A DNA stretch of 64,000 nucleotides from Pseudovirgaria hyperparasitica (Eukaryota): the NCBI GenBank assembly GCA_010093815.1, contig ML996574.1, one strand, 5' to 3'. Position 1 is the stretch's first letter. Every line of letters starts with the position of its first letter. Below, piece by piece: positions 12,195 to 23,045 of this stretch. The translations under genes and the position numbers were made by a program. The notes beneath the pieces are model-generated. The model saw only the letters and a list, made by a program, of their open reading frames with translations. It had not been told where the DNA came from and made no database searches.

Positions 12195-12350
12195 TAATCT
12201 AATCTAATCTAATTCTCTATGATCTGAAACGATCTAATCTTACTCTATCCCATCCCATCTAATCTAATCTTACTCATGCTAATCTAATCTAATCTAATCT
12301 AATCCATCATCCTCATCAAGGCCTACCTACGGTCTACCTACCTACCTACC
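12195..12350. repeat. (TAATC)n-rich low-complexity tract followed by (CCTA)n
   Basis: Several runs of AATCT units and CTAC repeats in AT-rich DNA. Confidence 0.75.
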
Positions 12351-13185
12351 TTAGCTTAGCTTCGTCCAACCCACCTAATAAGGCACCTAGAAAGTAATCC
12401 AAGGCAAACAACACTCGAGAAAAAAGAAGCCCCCTCCCCCCCCCGATACGGTGTCAACAACAACGAATTTCGACGTCACTGCTTTTGCTTCCTGAGGTCC
12501 TACACAATTTCGCCAGTCACACTCAGGTCACGTTACATCACACGCACACAACGCAGGCCAAACCCAGGCTCTTACTTGTTGATTGATTGATTGGTTGAAA
12601 AACAAATATGAAAAGAAGAATAAAAAATTCCATAATGAATTTCGTTTGATTGATTATACTACGTTTACTACATCTACTACCACTACTACTTACTAGCTGG
12701 CCACGTCTTTCAGATCCCTCAATTAAGCAGACTATAGAAAGCCTTGGGGTGTCTTGTCGTTCGCGCCTAGTCTTGAAAGTGCAGGAAGCACAGGCTGATC
12801 GCAAAGTGTCCCCCCAATTCCGAATTAAAAGCAGCGCATTACAGGCCGGGCCCGTGCCAGTGCTGGCCCCGTATCATCATCCATCTCTACCTCCTTGAGA
12901 GTGAGTGGTCAGATCCGTAAAAAGGCAAAGATGTTGCGCATCGCGCGCGTGTGTGTGTATCAGTTCTATGTGAGCCGAAACCAGATAAATCCCCGAAAAA
13001 CTCCGTGCTTGTAGGGCAAGTCAAGTCAAGTCAAGTCAAGCAAGCAAGCAAGTATAATAGACGATGCGTCATGGGACGCGACGTCAGGCCGTGTAGACGC
13101 CAGAGCCTATACCGAGGCTCGATGCAGTGGTATCATAGTAAGTGTAAAGAAATTCGTATGTCAGACCAGGCCAGGCCAGGCCGAC

Positions 13186-14329
13186 TTAGAAGGTGCTCCA
13201 GTTGTAGCCGCCGACGCTGCCAGGAATGCTTCCGACGTTGATGTTGTTGGTAGCGGTGGTAGAGGCGGCAGATGGCTGAGGCTGGGCGATGGTGAGCGCG
13301 GGGCTGGACTGGGTAGAGCTGTCGGAGTCGGTGCGGCTCAAGCGTCGAGCCTTCCACTGCTTGTAGATGGAGTAGCAGCGGTCGCAGACCTTGGACTGTT
13401 GGCCAGAGCTGTGAATGAGGGCGTACTGGTTGAGGGGAGCCTGGTTCTTGATGTGTTCCCAGCAGTAGATGTTTCCACAGCGGCGACAGTGGTGGCGGCG
13501 GACGAAGAAGCCAAAGTCGCGCTGGCAAGAGGATGCAGTGCACGAGGTGGCGGTGTGGTCAGGCTGCAGACATGTTAGCTTTGTATTCATCCATCAATTC
13601 ATAAGTAATATCAGATCATGAAGACAAAAAGAGAACAATCAGGTGCTAAAGTGGGGCGATTGCACAAAGGTAGGAGTAGGCAGCCGCGGACGCAGTTTGT
13701 CAATTGCGCCATTGACACCCGGACAGGCGTGAGCACCTTCCAGATGCTTATATACTTGGCAGCCTCGCCAGGTATTGCTTCTCACTGCATGAAGTACACA
13801 GAAGACTTTCAAGACTTTCCACGTCGACTTGACTTCTCCACCAACAAAGAGACTGACGATATTCACTTACCTTCCAGTGGTTGGTTGAGGGACTTCCAGT
13901 CGCGCTCTGCGGGCCGTCATCGCTGAGATCCTCAGTCTCGACGCGTGTAATGCCATTCTGGAGACAGTTGACGGGCTCATCGCCATTGTTCCCATCCCAA
14001 GTCCCAGCAGCTGAGTCGACACCTTTTGGCGGAGACTGACGCTGCGGCTTCTCGGTCGGACGCAGCACAGCCGGAACGTACATGGGACTCTTTGGCGAGC
14101 GCAGCTGTCGCGAGCGAGCTTGCTGACGATCGATGACGTTGATGTGGTTGCGCTCTGGCATGTAGGAGACGTGGAGTGGCGGGAGGTTATGGCGCTGGTT
14201 TGTGGTGGGGTGGTAGAGCGGCGCATCGGGATTCTTCATGCTCTGGATGTGAGGATTCTGCGAAAAGTCTTGGGTGTAGTTGTTGCGGTCGAACACGGCC
14301 GTGTACGGCATGCTCTGGGTGGCAGCCAT
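13186..14329 (-). CDS. PIB2: Pib2-like FYVE-domain TORC1 regulator, ~278 aa, 2 exons
   Basis: Exons 14329-13871 and 13563-13186 (307-nt GTAAGT...GCTAAC...CAG intron). FYVE signature WKPD...C..C...F..RRHHCRRCG..C..H...VC.RC, conserved block RQLRSPKSPMYVPAVLR, and C-terminal tail GSIPGSVGGYNWSTF resembling the Pib2 tail. Confidence 0.8.
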
Positions 14330-17049
14330 GTCTGGGGCGAGGTGTTGGAGGAAGAGCTGGTCGGTGTGGTGATTGTGTACTGGTTGCCAAGAGGATGTCG
14401 AGGCAGACCCGAACCGGTGGGTAGGGAGAAGGCGGAGGAGTTTGGCGTATTTAACGCGCTGAGGTGGAGCAGTGCGAAGATGGAATCTGAGGCCCGGGGC
14501 AGCGGAGATTGAGGAGGAGGGTGGTGTGTGGTACGAGAGATAGGGACAGGAGGATGTCGCCGGGTTTGGATGTAGCGGTCTGTGAAGGGCAAGATAACAG
14601 ACCGGATAGGGAATCCCAGCGGCGGTAGGTTGTGGTTGTAGGAGTAAGGGAGAGAGTGGTAGGGAGGGAGTGGATCCTGTGAGAGGAGAGAGTCGAGTTG
14701 TATTGCAGGAGGAGGAGGAGGCTCGGGATGCGGTGTCAGGCTCGTACGGCGATTGGCAGCGCGATGGCTGACGTGCAGGGCCTGGCAGCGATAAGAAGTG
14801 TGGCTCGTGTCACCTAGTCGTCGTCGCCGGACGTTTCTGTTTGGGGGGCGCGGTGAGAGCAGTCAGGCGGTGGCGGCGGTCAAGGCGAGAGTCGAGAGTT
14901 AAAGAGACGAGTTATATTACTGTTGATGATGATGTTGTGGTGGTGGTGGTGAAGATAATTAGAGGCACGAGACAGTCGAGTAGTAGAGGAGGAGGAGTAA
15001 AGTTGAGTAGGATATGGGCAGTAATTAATTATTAACAGTTCCTCCCCTCTCCGGCCGCTACAGCAATTAGTGCTTTGGGCCGCCACTCTCTCCGTCAATC
15101 CCTCACTCTCACACACACACACATACTATACTACACTCACTCCCTCACTCTCTCTTCACTGCGGAAGTGTGAAGGGTTAGACTCGGCACGCGCACGGATG
15201 GTTATTGCGGCGACACTAATTCTCCACTGGGCCCCATCTGACAGTAGTAATTGCTCCAACCAGACTGGCCTCTTTTTTCTTTTCTGCACTCTGGCACTCT
15301 TCGGCATTGTGTCCGCTCCATAGTGAGGTAAAAGTAATTAATTATGGCATGATGATGATGCAACGAACAGAAGGTCAGTCAGTCAGTCAGTCAGTCCAAG
15401 TCTACAGTTCCGAGATAGGAGGATTTAATTGCTGCATGGAACTCTCACCGTCTCCTCCCTACGCTCAACTGGTGATAGTAGATAGGAGGATATAATAACA
15501 AGGCAGAATGGATGATTGATTACATGCAAGTGACAATAGGCGGCAGCCACGACCGTTCTTCCCTTCCTTCCTTCCTTCCCAACGGCTCCGGCTCCGGCTG
15601 CTACTAAGTCATCCCTGCAGGTGACGCCAAGTATGCAGGGATTCTTGGCAACGCTAATCTGTCCTCTTATCAGTGACGACTTCTCGACCAATCGCGGCGC
15701 TGTATTTTAAACCGCCGGCCACTCCTTCCCATCATATCTGTTAGTCACCACGCCCGACCCGGCGATGCAGAAAAAAGCCGTGAATAGGCGAACGACCATC
15801 GACGAAGGGCAGCCAGGCAACAAGGCAGCAGCAGCAGGTCTCGTGCCCGTCCCAAGCCACAGCCACGTCGCTCACTAGCCACAATGCTGTCCTGAAGTTC
15901 CCCTGTGATATCATGTGACAGACAATGTTCGTGGCTGAGGCAAGACTTCCGGGGTTGGGGCAGGTTCGCGCTGCCATAACATCATCAACAAACAACGGAA
16001 TGCCGCCTGATACCTAATCACAAGATACCATCTCCCATCTGCTACTGTAGACTGTACAACTTATCAACTTTCACTCTTACCCATTGTAATACTTTCACTC
16101 TTACCCATTCTACTAGAGCCCATCATGAGTGCTCCAGAAATCACTGCCACCTCGCCACCAGCACCTCCTCCAACTGAAGAAGATACCGTCGCATGCATCT
16201 GATTATCTGTAGTGAGAACGAATCCCGGCATAATAGCAGCCGCCGCCGGTTGAGTCGCTGACCCACTTCGGGTCGTGCTATGGATCTTTGGATGAATGAG
16301 GCTGCTCCGCGCCTTGTCGCTTACGTACGTTGCACGCTCGAGTCCCCCCCTCTCAACCGTCAACGCCTACTATCAATCGCACTACACCGTCTCTGGAGCC
16401 TGCTCGTGTGCCGCCGCACCAGTAGTAGCAGTAATTAGCAGTAGTAAGTAGTAGCTTCGTAGCAATAGTAAGTAGGCAGGTAAGTGTTGAAATAGCGGGG
16501 AGAGCGGTACCAGCCGGTACAGTACAGTTACCGTGGACCTCCTGCTCTTCATGAATCGCTTATTGATAATGAATGCGCGCTCACATACACACACACACAC
16601 ACGATGTCACTTCGACGATGGATGTCACTTTTCCTTCGGTCGTTCCCCACAGGTCGATTTTGCAACTGCAACCTTGTCTTGTTCCCGGGGAGGAGGAAGA
16701 GGAGGAGTCTAGATGGATGCGTTTTGTGGAGCTGATCCATTAGTGAAAAAACTCCGGTGTACCGTGTGCCCAGTAGTTGGCTGTGTAGTAAGTAGCCTGT
16801 GCAGTGCAGTGTGGTGCATGCATTTGATTCTAGATCTATCTCGGTCGGTCGGTGTGAGGCTTGGCTTCAATACTCTAGGTAGCTACTGAGGTAATAGCAG
16901 AAGTCCGATTCGACCTACGATGGATGAGCTCATGCCTGCCTGCCTGCCTGTGGATCTCAGATCAGGAAGGCACCTCCAAGACTCCAAACAACCCCACCAC
17001 TCTGTTGCACGCACCCTCCTTCAATCTAATCTGCCCCTCACTCGATTCT

Positions 17050-17635
17050 CCTTCCTTCCTACCTTCCTTCCTACCTTCCTTCCTACCTTCCTTCCTACCT
17101 TCCTTCCTACCTTCCTTCCTACCTTCCTTCCTACCTTCCTTCCTNNNNNNNNNNNNNNNNNNNNNNNNNNNNNNNNNNNNNNNNNNNNNNNNNNNNNNNN
17201 NNNNNNNNNNNNNNNNNNNNNNNNNNNNNNNNNNNNNNNNNNNNNNNNNNNNNNNNNNNNNNNNNNNNNNNNNNNNNNNNNNNNNNNNNNNNNNNNNNNN
17301 NNNNNNNNNNNNNNNNNNNNNNNNNNNNNNNNNNNNNNNNNNNNNNNNNNNNNNNNNNNNNNNNNNNNNNNNNNNNNNNNNNNNNNNNNNNNNNNNNNNN
17401 NNNNNNNNNNNNNNNNNNNNNNNNNNNNNNNNNNNNNNNNNNNNNNNNNNNNNNNNNNNNNNNNNNNNNNNNNNNNNNNNNNNNNNNNNNNNNNNNNNNN
17501 NNNNNNNNNNNNNNNNNNNNNNNNNNNNNNNNNNCCTTCCTTCCTACCTTCCTTCCTACCTTCCTTCCTACCTTCCTTCCTACCTTCCTTCCTACCTTCC
17601 TTCCTACCTTCCTTCCTACCTTCCTTCCTACCTAC
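17050..17635. repeat. 12-bp tandem repeat (CCTTCCTTCCTA)n spanning an assembly gap (N at 17145-17534)
   Basis: The same unit lies on both sides of a 390-N gap. Confidence 0.95.
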
Positions 17636-18185
17636 TCTTGCCCCGGAAAGGGAAGGATGAAACATACAAAACATGTTACAACCTGAATCAAAAACAAAAG
17701 TGTGAAAAAAAGGGCCTTTTCAATGCATCGATCGGATGTCGTCCAATACGTGCTCGTGAATACAGAAATGTACATGTACAGGCATGAGGTGCCGGTGCCG
17801 GTGCCTATCCCGGCATGGTACATTTTCCATGTTGTGGAGTAGAATGTAGAATGGATCGTGTAGAATGTAGAACAGGCGCGCCCGAGGCCTATATAGATGA
17901 CTAACTATCTTGGCGTCCTTTTTTCCCTCTCGTATAACGCGCGGGTGCTTAATTAATAGTTACCTGAAACCCGTCGGATCTCTACATATGAGAGAGTCTA
18001 TTATATATATGTATATATATCGACATATATCGAGAATAATAACGGTAATACTATAATGTATACTTTCTTGAAGGTCGAAACTTATCTCATTCTAGTTTAA
18101 CATAAAAGGGGTATGAGATTCTTAGTGAGAAGAAAAAAAAGTGTACAAGAGAGCTCTAGACAAAAAGCCTATAGACACCAGAGCG

Positions 18186-19595
18186 TCACGAAGCAAACCG
18201 GACTTCGCACTCTGCTTTATAAGCCTCCAACTGCTCCATCTTCACGTCCACAAACCTCTCCATCTCCGCTCTCATGCTCTCGTCTCCTAGCACATCATCA
18301 TCATCATCGCCCTCCTTGTGAAGCGCAGCCCAATACACCGCATCGACATCAAAACTCTTCCTAATCCCATAGTCAAACCAGAACCTCCCCGTCGCCCAGG
18401 ACTCACGCATGCGCTCAGAAAGCAGAGGAAGTGTACCATCTCGCTCGACCCCTTTTTCTTCGGACCCCTTCCTCTCCACCCGCTCCAACGCCCGCAAGAA
18501 CTGCTCCAACCTAGGCCCATAACGCGCCATGAACTCTTCCATCGAGTGACGCTCAAGCCACATATCAGGCCCCAGCAGCAGCAGCCACCACGGCGGATCG
18601 TGCGCAAACTGCGCCGGCATAGCGTTTGTAAATTCCCAGTCCAGCACGGCGGTGATGCGCAGCGAGTCCGGGTCCGCGAGCATGTTCGTCGGCTGGAGGT
18701 CGTCGCAGAAGAGCTTGAACGGGCCGGCGTCGTGGGTGCAGTAGCGAGGGACGAGCTGCTTGAAGCGGTGGCGGGCGACGAAGCGTTTCTTGGCATCCTC
18801 GCGGTCGTCGGCGAGGTTGCGCTGCGTGCGGAGGTGGATGAGGTGTTCGTCGGCGAGGAAGTGGAGGAAGAATGAGGCGGTGGGGAAGGGGGCGGTGGGA
18901 CGGCCGTCGTGGTCCGGGTAGGCTGAGACTACGGTCTTGAGCTCGTTCATGTTGTATGTTAGGGGCCGCTCGCGGGCGTGCCATGTGTTTGTAGCCGGAC
19001 ACTTTGATATTGCGCCGATGGCGGCGAAGTCGAGGCGGGAGAGCTGGAGCATGTATGCGGCGAGCTGCTCGTAGACGTAGTCGAGCTTTGCGTCGTCGAC
19101 GGCGTCTGCGAGGATGACCTCGTCTTGTTCGGTGGCGGTGGGCTGCTTGAGGAGCGTTGCCAGCGAGACACCGTCGACGTAGTCCATGATTATAAAGGGG
19201 CCGAGCTGCTGCGGACTGTCGGCGAGCAAGCCCCAGCTCACCACCCGAGGCACAGGAATACTAGTCCTCTCGCTCAGGAATTGCAAGACCTGGACTTCAT
19301 TCCGGACTTTCTCGTCCCGGATATCCGTGGCGGTGTGGCCTGGTTTCGGGAAGCGGATCACGGCTTTCGGTCCTGCTCCCTTTCCTTCGCCATCTTCTTC
19401 TCCGTCACTAAATCGCACAACGAGACTGAGATTGAACGAGCCCTTGAGATACCCGTCAAACACCCCCACAGCCCTGCCCGGTCGACGAGAGGCCACAAAA
19501 GCCACAATCTCCTGCTTTGCATCCAAGAGCTTTGACAACCACGCCTTGAATTCATCGTCCCCGTCTGTTTCCGCTAGCTCGTCGAATCCAGTCAT
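18186..19595 (-). CDS. Aminoglycoside-phosphotransferase-like (APH/choline kinase fold) protein, 469 aa
   Basis: Intronless ORF with GSFN loop, VIRFP, EKVRNEV, IPVPRV, FIIMDYVDG, catalytic LFCDDLQPTNML and metal-binding VLDWEF motifs. Confidence 0.88.
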   Translation of the reverse strand: MTGFDELAETDGDDEFKAWLSKLLDAKQEIVAFVASRRPGRAVGVFDGYLKGSFNLSLVVRFSDGEEDGEGKGAGPKAVIRFPKPGHTATDIRDEKVRNEVQVLQFLSERTSIPVPRVVSWGLLADSPQQLGPFIIMDYVDGVSLATLLKQPTATEQDEVILADAVDDAKLDYVYEQLAAYMLQLSRLDFAAIGAISKCPATNTWHARERPLTYNMNELKTVVSAYPDHDGRPTAPFPTASFFLHFLADEHLIHLRTQRNLADDREDAKKRFVARHRFKQLVPRYCTHDAGPFKLFCDDLQPTNMLADPDSLRITAVLDWEFTNAMPAQFAHDPPWWLLLLGPDMWLERHSMEEFMARYGPRLEQFLRALERVERKGSEEKGVERDGTLPLLSERMRESWATGRFWFDYGIRKSFDVDAVYWAALHKEGDDDDDVLGDESMRAEMERFVDVKMEQLEAYKAECEVRFAS

Positions 19596-19939
19596 CTCCT
19601 CTTCCCCTTCCCTACTTCAAGCCAGGGTCGGGTGCGGGGCAGAATATATATGTGTATATATATATAAATTATAATAAGGTAAAGAAGCAACAGAGGAACG
19701 GAATTGCCATCTAGCTAGCATATAATAGCAAGTGAAGAACAGGGGGGAGGGGAGAATGGACGTATGTATGTACACGAGAGAGTTTAGCGCCAGTCTTGAG
19801 GTGCCAGCCCTTTTCCATATGTGGCATAGTTGGAAGCGTATGCATGCATGCATGCAAGCTGCAGGTGCTGGCAGAGCATGGAAAGGCGGTGGTTCGTTTC
19901 GTTGTTACTTTATTCTCGCCAAGGTCGATCGGATCATCC

Positions 19940-21240
19940 CATAGCTATTATACTGTGCCTCATCGATACATCACCCATCATCGTCGTCTCTAAGCCCCAG
20001 TCTAGAGTCAGCATTCTATCCCATATATCTACTGTACCTACTGCCAAGTACACTTGGCCGCAACCACCCTTCCTAATATACTCCAAGACATAGTATTCGA
20101 CGAATGGTATACTCCTTATTATTATCATCATCATATATATATAATATCCCAATTTAGCGAGGCGCAAGTACCTTCTCTTCTTCTAACCTAGTACTTTATA
20201 TATAACGAGTAGCTATACATACTATTAATATATAAATCTTACGCCTAGTCCTCGATATATCATATCTAAAGCTAATTAGTATAGAAGTCTAATTACATTG
20301 CATTTAGTAACATGTATACTCACGTACATTCGGCGATCTATCGTGGATTGGCTGTTCATCGTAATACGTGTGCGGCACTGGTTACATGTGCTTGGTTATA
20401 TCTACCTAGCTATGGAAGCTTGGCTATACGGATGAAGTCCAACCAAGTCCACTACAATGTATCTTCACAGCCTTCTTGCGGTGCTTCTATCCTTCATTAC
20501 CTCCACCAACACATACCTTTTCTATCTACTACTTCGCCTCTCTACCATACTCACTCTTGAATACTATATAACCCACGAGCAGCTTAATATTACTCCTAGG
20601 CTTATCGCCGGACAGACGAAGAAAGAGAGTATACAAGATACGGAAAGAAAATCCAAAGGAAATTACTAATACGTTGTTGGTTAGTATAAAAGACTACTCG
20701 ACAAAGGAATTATTAAGACGTTAGTAAGAGAGAGAGAGGTAGATAGCATAGTTAGTATAAGAAAGAAACGAGATATAACATAGGACCGAGTAAGATAACC
20801 AAGAGCGCTAGATAGCTATAAGACCTACTACGACTAGCAAAGACTCTCTGAATTCATAGTAAATAGAGAAAGACATAAGCTTCTAAAGTATTATTAACAT
20901 TCGCTCTTTTAGCACGTATCTTTTTTCTAGATAGTAACCTTCTCTATATAAGAAAAGCTATTATCTGAATCTAGGACCTAGACCTTTGAACGTAAATATG
21001 TAGTCTCTAACTATATTACATGTACCAAGACCTCTAGATACTCTTTCCTACCCTACTCTATACAACGTATTACGTATTTATAAGATATATTAGTCCGCTC
21101 TTCTCTCTATCCCGACCTTATAACGATTATATCTATGTGTATTGTCTCTACTTGTATCCTCTTATATACATTTCTTTCTTCAAATACACCTTTGTCACAT
21201 ACGAGTCTCATCTCAAGTAAAAGGTAGTACTTACCATTAT
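19940..21240. other. AT-rich, TpA-enriched RIP-like region
   Basis: Visually abundant TA/TAG/TAA and scarce CA/TG relative to the flanking genes. RIP indices were not computed. Confidence 0.65.
20457..20912 (+). pseudogene. Putative RIP-inactivated small secreted protein gene
   Basis: ACAATG start and a signal-peptide-like MYLHSLLAVLLSFITST. The frame continues for about 150 codons through TAA/TAG stops, with Tyr codons where Cys could have been. Confidence 0.35.
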
Positions 21241-21386
21241 AATGATTTCCAGCTCCCATGAAAGCACATCTATACCAATTCACCCCTTGCAAAAAGACAA
21301 TATTTACATCATCCACAGCTCCTCAACCCCCCAACTCCTCCCCTACAACCATCCCGATGCCCATCCCACAACCAAACCAAACCCTC

Positions 21387-22688
21387 TCATCCAAACGCCT
21401 CCAAAACCCTACAATAAAACCCAATCTTCCCCGGATCCAAGTACAGCTTCACCGCGCCCGCCAGCCCCTGCGCCCGCCCATCTGCCAGCGTAGACGAGAA
21501 TCTACCATCCAATCCTTCATCTTGCTCTGCCTGCCTCACAAACTGCAAGTACTCCCCTTGCTCCGCCCACTGCTCCCGAATCTCCGGCACAAGCGGCTCA
21601 CCCCCCTCGCCATAATTCCACGGCGCGTCCATAGCCACCGGCGTCGTAGCCAGAAACATCGGGTACTGCACCACCTCCCACGGCACCGTGCATGCGTCTT
21701 GCCAGTCAATGAATGACAGAACATTACACGCGCTGTCGACGATGATGTTGCTGTGGAAGAGGTCCGGGTGGTAGAGTGGGAATGGTCCGTCTTGGAGGGG
21801 CAGGGAGCGGGCTAGGGCGCGGAGCTTGGCCGGGAAGTCTGCGATGGAGAATTGCAGTTCGGTTTTGTATTTGGGGGGTAGCATGGCGTCGAGGTGGCGG
21901 CCTGACACGGGGAATTTCGCGGCGCGGGCCCATGCTTCCAGATAGTCTGCCGCTGTCGAGAACGGTCCTCCGATTCCGGGAATAGCCTCAACAGTGTACG
22001 ATGTAGATCCGTCGTCGTCGTCAACATGTTGCGTGATCCTCCCTATTTTGGGAAATCTGATTGAAGCAACTCTCGTCTGGGGCTCAAAATCAGTGTTTCT
22101 TCCTCTTTTTTTGGGAAAACCATAAATACAGGCTCCGTTACGCGCTCCACAAAACCTTACCTGAACACAAGCAACCTGCCGATAAAACCCGGTTTTATAA
22201 CAAGCCGGGATCTCCCCTTTATGCAGTGCCCATCCACCAAACGCATCCATTGCAGTATCGCCCGGGATGTATTCCATGAGGATGAAAGCCGCGCCCACGG
22301 CGTTCTTGTCAGGACTCTCCTCATACGCATATACTTCCGGGACTGGGACTTTCCTGCTCCGGAGAATCGACAGCGTGGGGACTTCGTGGCGAAGTGTTTG
22401 GCCTGATTCCTCGCTGCTGGAAGGTTGCATAAGAATGCGGGCGATCCAGATGGTGCTGTCGTTGAATTGGAGTGCCCTGACGAGGTGGGAGCCCCCCTTG
22501 TTATATTGGGGGAGTAGCGTGCAGGTCAAGGGTGATGTTGTGCCTTTTTTGCATTGTGCTTGTTTGATTGCAACGGCATATTCCTGAAGCGCGGACCAAT
22601 TGATTCCGGGTGGAGAGTCGTCTTCATGGTCCTCTACTCCTCCTCGCCAGTTCAACTCATGAGGTGCTTTATGTAGAGAAGAAGCCAT
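21387..22688 (-). CDS. Second APH-like phosphotransferase, ~405 aa (84-nt in-frame intron)
   Basis: Exons 22688-22161 and 22076-21387 (GTAAGG...CTGAT...CAG). Motifs GGSHLVRALQF..WIARI, VPVPEVY, FILMEYIPG, LYHPDLFHSNIIVD, IDWQD. Confidence 0.85.
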   Translation of the reverse strand: MASSLHKAPHELNWRGGVEDHEDDSPPGINWSALQEYAVAIKQAQCKKGTTSPLTCTLLPQYNKGGSHLVRALQFNDSTIWIARILMQPSSSEESGQTLRHEVPTLSILRSRKVPVPEVYAYEESPDKNAVGAAFILMEYIPGDTAMDAFGGWALHKGEIPACYKTGFYRQVACVQVRFCGARNGACIYGFPKKRGRNTDFEPQTRVASIRFPKIGRITQHVDDDDGSTSYTVEAIPGIGGPFSTAADYLEAWARAAKFPVSGRHLDAMLPPKYKTELQFSIADFPAKLRALARSLPLQDGPFPLYHPDLFHSNIIVDSACNVLSFIDWQDACTVPWEVVQYPMFLATTPVAMDAPWNYGEGGEPLVPEIREQWAEQGEYLQFVRQAEQDEGLDGRFSSTLADGRAQGLAGAVKLYLDPGKIGFYCRVLEAFG

Positions 22689-23045
22689 GGAGGAGGGTGG
22701 AATTGAATGAACGAATGAGAAGCGGACATAGTGTAACAGGACAGGTACCTACTGTAAGTCAGCGATGCTTATTAATCATAGTAGATTATAATCAAAACCA
22801 TCTATTAATATCTATTTTATTATTTTTCAAAGTTATACGCTTTATACTCTCTAATGGTTCAGCCAGCCAACGTCAACAAATCACATCTTCACCACATGCA
22901 ATGCAAACATCGATGCTCAAGCCAATTCAAGTCAAGTCAAGTCAAGCCACAGCCTCCTTGTATATCAAGCAAGACAAAGCCCCGCTCTTTTAAAAGACTA
23001 AAACCAGACTAATCTATCCGATATTTTTTCTTTTATTCTTCATCT

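Noticed and set aside
16920..17787. ORFs with (PTFL)n/(PSFL)n/(GRKE)n repeats
   Set aside because: Translation of a microsatellite and an N gap.
17940..22860. Starship-type giant transposon or Spok-type meiotic driver
   Set aside because: No tyrosine-recombinase captain gene, and the kinases lack the nuclease and Cys-cluster regions of Spok proteins.
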